A stretch of DNA of 59,459 nucleotides. Source: Cytophagales bacterium. GTDB taxonomy: Bacteria > Bacteroidota > Bacteroidia > Cytophagales > Cyclobacteriaceae. Below the pieces are notes generated by a model. That model saw only the letters and a program-made list of their open reading frames with translations, was not told the origin of the DNA and did not search any database. The stretch is from contig JBBRFY010000001.1 in assembly GCA_038241205.1 (NCBI GenBank), positions 1-59,459 on the forward strand, in the 5' to 3' direction. The position numbers and the translations under genes were made by a program. Positions 1 to 8,935 of this stretch are shown one piece after another (position 1 is the stretch's first letter; the number at the start of each line of letters is the position of its first letter).

Positions 1-91
1 TAACACAAAACTCAATCACAGGTGTCAACCTCTGAGAAGTAGTTGATCCTCGTGCATTTTGTGTTTTGATAAAATGATTGAGGATTTTTTG

Positions 92-120
92 AAAGTCCCG
101 CTTAGGCGGGGCTTTTTTTT
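92..120 (+). terminator. Rho-independent terminator of a transcript starting upstream of the window
   Basis: Stem AAAGTCCCGC-TTAG-GCGGGGCTTT followed by a T run. Confidence 0.85.
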
Positions 121-127
121 AAAGAAC

Positions 128-540
128 TCAAATACCATTCCCGCAGATAACACTGATTGAGCCCTCGCTGATCGCGCAGATTAATACCTTTCAATAATGC
201 AATCGCGCATTTTAATTTGCTCCTCTACGCAAAGAAACTTTTCCTAAATCTCAAAAACTTGCACTCTTAAATCGGTGAAAATCTGCGTGTCTTTTAATCT
301 GTGAAATCTGCGGGGAAAATCAAATACCATTTCCGCAGATAACGCTGATGGAGCCCTGACTGATCGCGCGGATTAATAGCTTGCATTAAGGCAATCACGT
401 ATTTGAATTTGTTCCTCTACGCAAAAGCAACTTTTCTTAAATCTAAAAACCTTGCACTCTTAAATCTGCGAAAATCTGCGTGCGTTTTAATCTGTGAAAT
501 CTGCGGGAGAAAATACAGATACATTCCCCGCAGATGACGA
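128..540. repeat. Tandem ~192-bp REP/BIME-like palindromic units (2 full + 1 partial)
   Basis: Units start TCAAATACCATT(C/T)CCGCAGAT at 128 and 320, with a partial third near 514. Each unit is bounded by inverted CCGCAGAT...ATCTGCGGG. Confidence 0.85.
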
Positions 541-596
541 TCCCAACGAAAAAATCTCTTTACCGAAATAACGCAAACATTTTTAGGTTTAGGTGC

Positions 597-1202
597 TTAT
601 TTTTTTGGTGTGTATTTTACGCCTGCTAAAATCTCAATATCAAGATGATTTTCTGCTGGCACAACGGGGCAGGAGTAGCGCGTGCTGTATGCACAATATG
701 GATTATACGCCTTGTTAAAATCAACTACAATTTCTTTTCCTTCTTTGGGTATATTTAATTCAATATAACGTCCACCGGGATAGGTAAGCGTTCCGTTCGT
801 TAAATCAGTAAAAGGAAAAAAGAGGTAATCACGATAGGTATCGGTTGCCATTAGCATTTTCGATTGGTAAACCGGAATTTCGAACGTTGTTCCATCCAAC
901 ACAAAATCGACAAAGCCGTAAATTCGATACTCGGGTGTGGCCATAGAAGATGTTTTCATTTTAAAAAACGGTGCCGGCTCCGTTATTCGCAGCGTTGCTT
1001 TTACCTGATATTTTAAATCTGCATTAAAAAACTCATGTCCCTTAAAATGTTTTCGCGCTTTAGGATCAAGCGGTGATTTTACTTTGTCTTTATATTCTCT
1101 ATTTAAATCTTTTTGGAACTTCTCGATTTCGAAAAGACCATTACTACTTTGACCAAGCGCGTGTATGCTGATAATGAGAAACGCTATAAAAAGAAACTTC
1201 AT
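597..1202 (-). CDS. DUF1684 family exported protein
   Basis: Signal peptide; motifs LFFPFTDLTNG-TYPGGRY and DFNKAYNPYCAYS-YSCP. Confidence 0.9.
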   Translation of the reverse strand: MKFLFIAFLIISIHALGQSSNGLFEIEKFQKDLNREYKDKVKSPLDPKARKHFKGHEFFNADLKYQVKATLRITEPAPFFKMKTSSMATPEYRIYGFVDFVLDGTTFEIPVYQSKMLMATDTYRDYLFFPFTDLTNGTLTYPGGRYIELNIPKEGKEIVVDFNKAYNPYCAYSTRYSCPVVPAENHLDIEILAGVKYTPKK

Positions 1203-1391
1203 CGTAAATTAATTATCTCGGCAGCAAGATATATTTTCTTTTGTACTAGAATATTAGGAGGCTGTCTATTCTTTAGCCAAATATACTTCCTTTTCAAACT
1301 AACCGTGTCATCCTTGATAGATCCAGAATTTTATTGACATCAATGTGATTAAAGGCAAGCGGATCACAATCAGAAAAATTATATTGCCACC

Positions 1392-2441
1392 ATGTTTGCT
1401 AATGCTCATTTACCCGAACAACTCCCTCCACAGCATCTTGATGCTTACCTAGAACGCGGATGGTTCAGAATGGCACAACGTATTTTTACCACCAACTTTG
1501 TTCATTTTAAAGATACGATATACAGTACGGTCTGGTTAAGGATTTTGCTCGATCAATATGTTGATGATAGCACACAAATAAAATTATTCAAACGCAATGC
1601 TGCCTTTCGAACAACCATTAAACGCGCAACCATTACATCGGAAAAAGAAGAGCTGTATTTAAACTACAAACATTCACTGCCCTTTCAGCCTTCCGAATCA
1701 TTGAGCAGTTTGCTCTTCGGTAGATCTCAAAATAATTCGGTGTTCAATACGATTGAAGTAACTCTGCACGATGGCGAAAAATTAATTGCCTGCGGTTTGT
1801 TCGATGTTGGTGAAGTAAGTGCAGAAGGTATTACGTCCTTCTATGATCCTACCTATAAGAAATTCAGCTTAGGTAAATATTTGATCTATCTAAAAATTCA
1901 GCATTGCAGAAATCTAAAGTTGAAATTTTTCTATCCGGGTTATTTCGTTCCCGGGTATTCTTTTTTCGATTACAAACTTGATATTGGTCGCTCAACGCTT
2001 GAGTTCTTTCAATTGCGTTCGCAACAATGGATATCGATTGAAAACTTTTCATCAGACGATATTCCTGTTAAGGTAATGCACCATAAACTTGAACTTGCTA
2101 AAGATGTATTAACAGAACGAAACATCACAAGCAAAGTAATGCGCTACGAATTTTTCGATGCCAATCTAATTCCCGATCTATGGGGATCTGAACTCTTTGA
2201 TTTTCCAATATTTCTTTTCTTTGGTGATCAATCGAAAGAGGATATAAATCCTATCCTTGTCTTTGATGTGCGTGATGCTCAATATCATTTACTTACGTGC
2301 ATTCCCATTTGGAAACCGAACGAAACCAATCCGGACACAACATTTTACTCAGACTACTTTCTAAAATCAATTGCCGAAATTCATGCAACGGAAAATGTCG
2401 AAGAAATAGCAGGCATCATTTTTAGATCATTGCGGCAATAA
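1392..2441 (+). CDS. Ate1/Bpt-like aminoacyl-tRNA-protein transferase with C-terminal extension
   Basis: LDAYLERGWFR N-terminal motif; SFYDP-YKKFSLGKY and FYPGY...FDYK GNAT-like motifs. Confidence 0.75.
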   Translation: MFANAHLPEQLPPQHLDAYLERGWFRMAQRIFTTNFVHFKDTIYSTVWLRILLDQYVDDSTQIKLFKRNAAFRTTIKRATITSEKEELYLNYKHSLPFQPSESLSSLLFGRSQNNSVFNTIEVTLHDGEKLIACGLFDVGEVSAEGITSFYDPTYKKFSLGKYLIYLKIQHCRNLKLKFFYPGYFVPGYSFFDYKLDIGRSTLEFFQLRSQQWISIENFSSDDIPVKVMHHKLELAKDVLTERNITSKVMRYEFFDANLIPDLWGSELFDFPIFLFFGDQSKEDINPILVFDVRDAQYHLLTCIPIWKPNETNPDTTFYSDYFLKSIAEIHATENVEEIAGIIFRSLRQ

Positions 2442-2465
2442 AAATTTTGCGCATACCTTTATACT

Positions 2466-3011
2466 ATGAAATGGCTTTGCACACTTTACTTAAAATTGAT
2501 TGGCTGGAAAATCGGAAGCAGGCTTGATCCATCCATAAAAAAATGTGTTTTGGTTGCTGCACCTCATACCAGCAATTACGATTACCCCATTTCTTTAGCA
2601 ACATTGTACAGCTCTGGCTTACGTATTCAATTTCTCGCAAAGAAAAGTCTCTTTAAATTTCCACTCGGTATTATTATGCGTGCCTCAGGAGGTATTCCTG
2701 TTGATCGCTCAAAACATACCAACATGGTTGATGCAATGATTGGTCAATTTCAGCAAAGCGAAAAACTAATTTTGATGATTCCTGCAGAGGGAACGCGTGG
2801 TTATGTAAAGGAATGGAAATCTGGTTTTTATCATACTGCTATGGGGGCCAACGTGCCAATTGTGATGGGCTATTTAGATTACGGAAAAAAAATAGCGGGC
2901 TTTGGTGATGTGTTTTATCCAACAGGAGATTATCAAAAAGATCTTGTCGCTATTCAAAATTTCTATCGACAATTTACTGCACGACATCCGGAGAAATCCA
3001 GTTTAGCTTAA
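2466..3011 (+). CDS. 1-acyl-sn-glycerol-3-phosphate acyltransferase (PlsC-like)
   Basis: HTSNYD (HX4D), GGIPVDR and PAEGTR motifs. Confidence 0.9.
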   Translation: MKWLCTLYLKLIGWKIGSRLDPSIKKCVLVAAPHTSNYDYPISLATLYSSGLRIQFLAKKSLFKFPLGIIMRASGGIPVDRSKHTNMVDAMIGQFQQSEKLILMIPAEGTRGYVKEWKSGFYHTAMGANVPIVMGYLDYGKKIAGFGDVFYPTGDYQKDLVAIQNFYRQFTARHPEKSSLA

Positions 3012-3046
3012 AAAAATCAATCAAGATTAAAATTGCTTTGAGATCT

Positions 3047-3202
3047 TCAGAATATCCAGTATAAAGCAAAAAGAATAATAAGGCCAATGGCAACCCATGT
3101 GCGCCACGTGCTCTGTGACGGAAATTCATACTGACAAATAGGACACTCCGTACTCTCCTCATCAATTTCCATTGCGCATGATGGACATTCCTTCTTTTTC
3201 AT
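3047..3202 (-). CDS. 51-aa zinc-ribbon membrane microprotein (not in ORF track)
   Basis: Manual translation MKKKECPSCAMEIDEESTECPICQYEFPSQSTWRTWVAIGLIILFALYWIF*: two CxxC pairs plus a C-terminal TM helix. Confidence 0.8.
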   Translation of the reverse strand: MKKKECPSCAMEIDEESTECPICQYEFPSQSTWRTWVAIGLIILFALYWIF

Positions 3203-3383
3203 CTGTTGTGTAATGTTACTTTAAAGGTAATGATCAGGTGAAGGAAATGTAAACTGACCGATCTCATTGCTGTCAACGTTCGAAGCACTACAGAAAATAA
3301 ATTCGATGATCGTTTAACAAACCTCCAACAACGATCACGAAAATATTCTCCTATATTGCGCGCCAAATTGGAGAAAAAAACTC

Positions 3384-6302
3384 ATGCTGTTTGATTTAGA
3401 AAGCATTGCACCAAAAGAGCCCACAAGACCAAAACTACCAAAGGGAACTGTAATCGATTACGAAGTTGGTTTTCTTTTCAACTTTGCTTCAAGTCGTTCT
3501 TCCAGTTTCGATTTGGAACCCATACTTATTTATAAACGGCATACTTCTTTTGAGTATAAACGCATTTCACTTCAGGCCGAAATAGCACTCGCCCATTTGC
3601 AGCCATTAGATGATGCGCTTTACAATGACTTCCTTCAGTTCTCTGATAATAATATTTTGAAATGGATGACCGGTACCGGAAATAAATTTATCCGCAATGC
3701 CAACACAGGTTCATGGACGCACAGTTCGGTACGCGAGTTGAAAAATATTCGCAAACATTATGTAAACTTATTGCACAAAATCTGGCCAAAATTAATTGAT
3801 CGATCTCATCTGTTCGTTCTTAAATCGGGTCGCTTCAATAATTACGGTCAAGAGAATATTAAGCTCGGAAAACAACCTGCAGAAATTCGATTTGCTGTTG
3901 AACTGGAACAAGATGCCATTGTACTTAAACTTATTTTATTGCTGGATGGAAAACCTTCAAAAATAAATCTTGGAAGAGGTGTGCTTCTTTTGAAAGACAA
4001 TGTACTTTACTTACCACCTGATTCAGAATCGCTCGCCATTTTCGAAACGTTTGCACATGGCGACTTAAAATTTCCAGTAGCATTAAAAATGGAAGTGGTT
4101 AAAAAATATGTTTTGCCATGGATGAAAAAGTACAAGGTTGACATCAGCAACAAACTCAACATCGTGTTAGCAAGTCAATCAGTAGCATCAAGAGTGTGGT
4201 TAAGCGAACTGAACGAATCGAATTTGATGATTCGCGCAGAGTTTATGTATGATGATGAAGTGGTTGAATATAATGAGGAAGAAACCCTTGTAACGGAACA
4301 AGGTAATTTGTTAAAAATTGTGCAGCGCGACAAGGCAGAGGAAAAAAAGCTGCATGAATATTTGCGCGCGCTTCATACTTCATTTTTAAACCAACGAAAC
4401 AATTCTTATTTCTATCTTCCCTTTTCCGATGTGATGAAGAAAGGTTGGCTCATTGGCATGATGCGCAAAGTACAACACCAAGGCTATGCTATTAATGGAC
4501 TTGCCGACTTAAAAAAATTCCGCTACACCACACACGTTCCAAAGTTTTCAATTGACGTAACATCAAATGCCGATTTTTTTGATTTGAAAGTTACAGTTCA
4601 ATGGGGCGATCAGGAAGTGCCGTTAAAAGAAATACGACTTGCAATTCTCAATTGGCAAGATACGATTATGCTGGAAGATGGAACACTTGGCCATATACCA
4701 GAGGAGTGGATAAAACAATATAGTTTATTACTTCGAACGGGTAAAGAAGATAACGGAGTGTTGAAGGTAAGTAAAGTTCACTTCACGCTGTTGGAAGACA
4801 TCCTCGACAAACTCGATAGCAATTCAAAACTAGAAATTGAAACGCGCAAGCGACAGTTGTTGGAATATGATAGTATTGAGAAGGCTCCACTCTCATCAGA
4901 AATAAAAGCATCACTTCGTCCCTATCAGCTATCGGGGTTTCATTGGCTGCAGGCGTTGGATGAACTAAGTTGGGGTGGTTGTCTTGCTGATGATATGGGA
5001 CTAGGGAAAACGTTGCAAACCATTGCGTTTCTTCAATACTTAAAAGATAAATATCCAGGAAGCACACAACTTGTGGTCTGTCCTACCTCTTTAATTTTTA
5101 ATTGGGAAAGTGAACTGCAAAAATTTTGTCCTTCGTTAAAGTATTATACGTACTATGGAACGCAACGCGAGTTTAGCGAAACGCATGTTGAGGAATATGA
5201 TATTGTGTTGACTTCGTATGGCGTAGTGCGCAATGATCTTCAGCAATTATCAAATGTGCTGTGGCAGTATGTTATTCTGGATGAAAGTCAGGCAATAAAA
5301 AATCCAGATGCGCGCATAACAAAATCTGTTTTACAACTACGATCAGTAAACAGAATAATATTGAGTGGTACACCCGTTCAAAATAACACGTTGGATTTGT
5401 ATTCTCAATTTACCTTTCTCAATCCAGGTCAATTGGGCAATCGTGAATTTTTCAATCGCGAGTTTGCAATACCTATCGACAAACTTGGAAGCAAAGAAAA
5501 AGCGCAACATCTTAGAAAGCTCGTGCACCCTTTTACACTCAGGCGAACAAAAGAACAAGTAGCCAAAGATCTTCCGGATAAAACAATATCAGTGTTATGG
5601 TGCACCATGGAAGCAGAGCAGCGCAAGTTATACAATCAATATCGCGATACCTATCGAAAAAAGTTGTTGAAGAAGATTGATGAAGAAGGTATTTCAAGAT
5701 CTGGTTTAGATGTACTAGAAGGATTGTTGCGACTGCGCCAAATTTGTGATCATCCCGCATTGATCAACAGCAGCGAAGAAATGCAAGACAGCTCTGTGAA
5801 AATTATTGAGCTAACGCGAGAAGTGAAAGAAAATGCAGGCAATCATAAGTTATTGGTCTTTTCACAATTCACACAAATGCTTCATCTCATTCAGGCAGAA
5901 TTTGAAAAAGCCGGAATCAGTTATTGCTATTTAGATGGTAGCACTCCGTTAAACAAAAGAAAAGAACAAGTCACCAAGTTTCAAGAAGATGAAAGTGTAA
6001 AAGCATTTTTAATTTCACTTAAAGCCGGAGGTGTAGGTCTTAACTTAACAACTGCAGATTATGTTTACATTGTTGATCCGTGGTGGAACCCTGCTGCAGA
6101 ACAGCAAGCGATAGATCGTGCGCATCGCATCGGACAAAAGCGAAAAGTATTTGCCTACAAAATGATTTGCAAAGATAGTGTTGAAGAAAAAATGCTTCAG
6201 TTACAAGAGCGGAAGAAGATGTTGGCCGATGATCTTATTCAAGAGGATGCTGGTTTTGTAAAAACACTTTCGCGGGATGATGTGGAGTTTTTGTTTGGAT
6301 GA
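3384..6302 (+). CDS. SNF2/SWI2-family helicase-like ATPase
   Basis: LADDMGLGKT (Walker A), ILDESQAIKN, LSGTPVQN, SLKAGGVGLNLT, DPWWNPA, QAIDRAHRIGQ. Confidence 0.95.
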   Translation: MLFDLESIAPKEPTRPKLPKGTVIDYEVGFLFNFASSRSSSFDLEPILIYKRHTSFEYKRISLQAEIALAHLQPLDDALYNDFLQFSDNNILKWMTGTGNKFIRNANTGSWTHSSVRELKNIRKHYVNLLHKIWPKLIDRSHLFVLKSGRFNNYGQENIKLGKQPAEIRFAVELEQDAIVLKLILLLDGKPSKINLGRGVLLLKDNVLYLPPDSESLAIFETFAHGDLKFPVALKMEVVKKYVLPWMKKYKVDISNKLNIVLASQSVASRVWLSELNESNLMIRAEFMYDDEVVEYNEEETLVTEQGNLLKIVQRDKAEEKKLHEYLRALHTSFLNQRNNSYFYLPFSDVMKKGWLIGMMRKVQHQGYAINGLADLKKFRYTTHVPKFSIDVTSNADFFDLKVTVQWGDQEVPLKEIRLAILNWQDTIMLEDGTLGHIPEEWIKQYSLLLRTGKEDNGVLKVSKVHFTLLEDILDKLDSNSKLEIETRKRQLLEYDSIEKAPLSSEIKASLRPYQLSGFHWLQALDELSWGGCLADDMGLGKTLQTIAFLQYLKDKYPGSTQLVVCPTSLIFNWESELQKFCPSLKYYTYYGTQREFSETHVEEYDIVLTSYGVVRNDLQQLSNVLWQYVILDESQAIKNPDARITKSVLQLRSVNRIILSGTPVQNNTLDLYSQFTFLNPGQLGNREFFNREFAIPIDKLGSKEKAQHLRKLVHPFTLRRTKEQVAKDLPDKTISVLWCTMEAEQRKLYNQYRDTYRKKLLKKIDEEGISRSGLDVLEGLLRLRQICDHPALINSSEEMQDSSVKIIELTREVKENAGNHKLLVFSQFTQMLHLIQAEFEKAGISYCYLDGSTPLNKRKEQVTKFQEDESVKAFLISLKAGGVGLNLTTADYVYIVDPWWNPAAEQQAIDRAHRIGQKRKVFAYKMICKDSVEEKMLQLQERKKMLADDLIQEDAGFVKTLSRDDVEFLFG

Positions 6303-6308
6303 AAAACG

Positions 6309-6705
6309 AATACCTTTTCCCGCAGATGACACAGATTGAATACTCGCTGATCGCGTAGATTAATACAATGCATTGATGCTGATGTATATTTCGCTTGTTG
6401 AAATTAATTCTTAGTAGACTCTTGAAACTTTGCACAATTAAATCTGCGGAAGTCTGCGTGCCTTTTAATCAGTGAATCTGCGGGGAGAAGACACAAATAC
6501 CTTTCACGAAAGTGACATAGATTGAATGCTCGCTGATCGCGCGGATGAATGCCTTGCAATAAATTATTTTTGATTGTAATTTTCTTTTTAAAAATGTTGT
6601 CTCTTGAAATCTAGCATTGTTAAATCTGCAGAAATTTGCGTGCCTTTTAATCAGTGAATCTGCGGGGAGAAACACAAATACCTTTTCCCGCAGAGGACGC
6701 AGAAA
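6309..6705. repeat. Second array of the CCGCAGAT/ATCTGCGGG palindromic repeat (~185-bp units)
   Basis: AATACCTTT..CCGCAGA starts near 6309, 6496 and 6677; units end AATCAGTGAATCTGCGGGGAGAA; shares CTCGCTGATCGCG with 128-540. Confidence 0.85.
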
Positions 6706-6892
6706 GGTTACTCAAAAATAATTTTAGCGCTTCAAACGTGTGCAGGTTTTGCCAAACAAAGTAATTATTACCTTTGCCATTCCATTGAATAAAAAGTGCA
6801 TTTGGCGGCACAAAAGCAAGCCATCCTTTACACGTTTGTCTCAACGGAAACGATTACAGATAAATTGAAATTATTTTAACACGATTTTTTTT

Positions 6893-7252
6893 ATGCAGTT
6901 CGTTCAAGTGATCAAAAAATTGAAAGTTCACATTATCCTTCCGCTGTTGGTATTAAGCTTTGTTGCAAATGCGCAGGAGCAAAGCAACGAAAAGAATAAT
7001 CTTGTACTCTATGATCCCCTGCTCTGGAAGAATGAACTCAAGCTTAATGAAGGGCAACGCCAGGAGATTCAAAAAATAAATATTGCATTCTATCAAAGTA
7101 TATATGAAGCTGCAGCCGATTTGAAAGATCAAAAAACGATGCAATTCAAAGCCAACCAATATCTACAACAGCGCAGTCAGGAAATTTGGGATTCTTTTAG
7201 GCCCAGCCAACGAAAAAAATGGAAGCGCTTGTGGGATCATTACGCTAGCTAG
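6893..7252 (+). CDS. Exported helical hypothetical protein
   Basis: Signal peptide ending ANA-Q; ELKLNEGQ...RPSQRKKW resembles LTXXQ/Spy-like helical hairpin proteins. Confidence 0.6.
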   Translation: MQFVQVIKKLKVHIILPLLVLSFVANAQEQSNEKNNLVLYDPLLWKNELKLNEGQRQEIQKINIAFYQSIYEAAADLKDQKTMQFKANQYLQQRSQEIWDSFRPSQRKKWKRLWDHYAS

Positions 7253-7264
7253 ATTTTTTGGACG

Positions 7265-7660
7265 TTAACTTCCTAACGTGTAGGCCAACTTCATATAGTT
7301 TCTTACTTCATCATTCACATCTTCTGCAGCGTACATTCTAAAGTGGTGATTAAATTGTTTTGCATCACCGGGCACCTGCGCAATTTTATGAAAGCATAAA
7401 TTTTCTGAATACGGCTTTTCGAAAAGAAACACTACGTGAATAAAATTCTTTCCAAGCTGAGTAATGTACGCAATTCGTTTGCGTGATGTAGCAATACCAA
7501 TCATGGTCTTGGTTGGAATTATTTGGATTTGTCCCCCACTTTTAAATTGCGTAACGAAATGATCAAACAATAGAATGGCAAGTTCTGATTTCCCATTTAA
7601 AAATTCGCTCAACGATTTATTGTCGGAAGCAATTGGCTTACTCTGCATATTCTGCTTCAA
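7265..7660 (-). CDS. DUF5655-like hypothetical protein (start probably ATG at 7648)
   Basis: PTKTMI, FNHHFR and DVNDEVRNYMKLAY pattern. Confidence 0.6.
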   Translation of the reverse strand: MKQNMQSKPIASDNKSLSEFLNGKSELAILLFDHFVTQFKSGGQIQIIPTKTMIGIATSRKRIAYITQLGKNFIHVVFLFEKPYSENLCFHKIAQVPGDAKQFNHHFRMYAAEDVNDEVRNYMKLAYTLGS

Positions 7661-7777
7661 GATTTTATTTCAAATTAAAGATAGGTAAAACAATTTTGCT
7701 CGTTAATGGGGGCTGTGTATTATCTGTTGTATTACCATATCTTTATCATCATGAAATTAATCTAAGAAATTATAGCA

Positions 7778-8125
7778 GTGAGAAAAAATCTGGTAGATAA
7801 AGTTGGCTTGCGTAAAAAGTTCAGAGCCATTTTTACGCGCTTCGGAAAAAAAATAAGCTACAACGGCTACACCGATACTACTTTGCTTTTAACCAACATA
7901 ATCGATCTGGAGACTAATGCTCAGGTTACCGATCATCATTGGTTTGCCTTCACCAAAGGTTTTGAAAAAGCCAACCTTAAGGAAGGTATGATCATTGAAT
8001 TTGAAGCTCGTGTAAAACAATACAAGAAGGGATATGTGAATCGAAAGTTGGCCATCAATAACCAACATTCCGATTACAAGCTCAGTCACCCCACAAATAT
8101 ACAGGCTCCCGCGGCCTCAGAATAA
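7778..8125 (+). CDS. Basic hypothetical protein, probable beta-barrel/OB-like fold
   Basis: GTG start; Lys/Arg-rich; DHHWF, FEARVKQYKKGY and DYKLSHPT motifs. Confidence 0.6.
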   Translation: MRKNLVDKVGLRKKFRAIFTRFGKKISYNGYTDTTLLLTNIIDLETNAQVTDHHWFAFTKGFEKANLKEGMIIEFEARVKQYKKGYVNRKLAINNQHSDYKLSHPTNIQAPAASE

Positions 8126-8282
8126 TTAATTTACAGAACAGTCTCCTGTCAATTCCATCTGTTCGCAAGATAATTTGCATCCCTCCTCCTCTTCCCCAAG
8201 GAAATATGCCGGAATGTATCTATGCAGTGAGGCTACTTTTCATGAACCATAATTTCACAAAAGGTTTTTAGCATAATTAGTT

Positions 8283-8290
8283 TATTTTTG
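8283..8290 (+). promoter_or_regulatory. Bacteroidota sigma-A -7 element (TAnnTTTG)
   Basis: TATTTTTG 7 nt upstream of the ATG at 8298. Confidence 0.6.
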
Positions 8291-8297
8291 CGCCCGC

Positions 8298-8744
8298 ATG
8301 AAAAAGATTATTGAATCCAGAAAACTCTTAGGGGTTGATAAAAACGCTGAGTTAAAAGAGCTGAAAAGTATCTATCGCAATTTTATGAAGGATTGGCATC
8401 CTGATAAAATTCAAGATAATGCCGAAGCAAAATTAGAGGCTGAAGAAAAAAGCAAAGCGTTTATAGAGGCGTACCATCTTTTGGTTAGCATTGCGCCAGA
8501 AACCCATGAGCAGCAATTGGAACAATACACTGCTGTAATTACCTCCTCCAAAATAATCGACTTCCAATATAAGGCGCTTACTTTGCAGGTGAATTTTCTT
8601 GACGGCAGCTGCTACGAATATTTCGGCATTCCCAAAAACATCTACAGCAAACTGGTGAACTCGGATAATCCCGATCGCTTTGCCCGCAGACATATTTACC
8701 ATTCGTTTGTTTATAGAAAAGTAACGAAGGCCGCAATAGCGTAA
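8298..8744 (+). CDS. J-domain + KTSC domain protein
   Basis: N-terminal J-domain with HPD (WHPDK); C-terminal SSKI..FQY...LQVNFLDGSCYEYFGIP KTSC pattern. Confidence 0.85.
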   Translation: MKKIIESRKLLGVDKNAELKELKSIYRNFMKDWHPDKIQDNAEAKLEAEEKSKAFIEAYHLLVSIAPETHEQQLEQYTAVITSSKIIDFQYKALTLQVNFLDGSCYEYFGIPKNIYSKLVNSDNPDRFARRHIYHSFVYRKVTKAAIA

Positions 8745-8935
8745 GCTTGTATCTCATTTCTTAGCGAGTCTCTCGAGGAGAAGGAATTTATTGCTATCGA
8801 ATACTTCTACTTTGTTCTTTAACGCTGCTCGCTTTAATCGTCACGCGTCATGCAGATTGTACAAAAAATATTTTCCTGCGTGTTGTAACAAAAAGTATTT
8901 CGAATGAAGAATGGCAGATAATTGCATACTTAACG

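Noticed and set aside
128-540. CRISPR array
   Set aside because: Period of ~190 bp, degenerate repeats, intervening segments homologous to each other, and no cas genes in the window.
2974-3165. 63-aa minus-strand ORF from the track
   Set aside because: An overlapping frame (3047-3202) gives a far more convincing zinc-ribbon + TM protein.
3384-6302. SNF2 gene as part of an anti-phage system (DISARM, BREX or Zorya)
   Set aside because: No methylase, nuclease, PglZ or other defence partner is adjacent; it resembles stand-alone bacterial SNF2 proteins.
6235-6844. Three short minus-strand ORFs (65-68 aa)
   Set aside because: They are translations of the palindromic repeat units and have no protein-like features.
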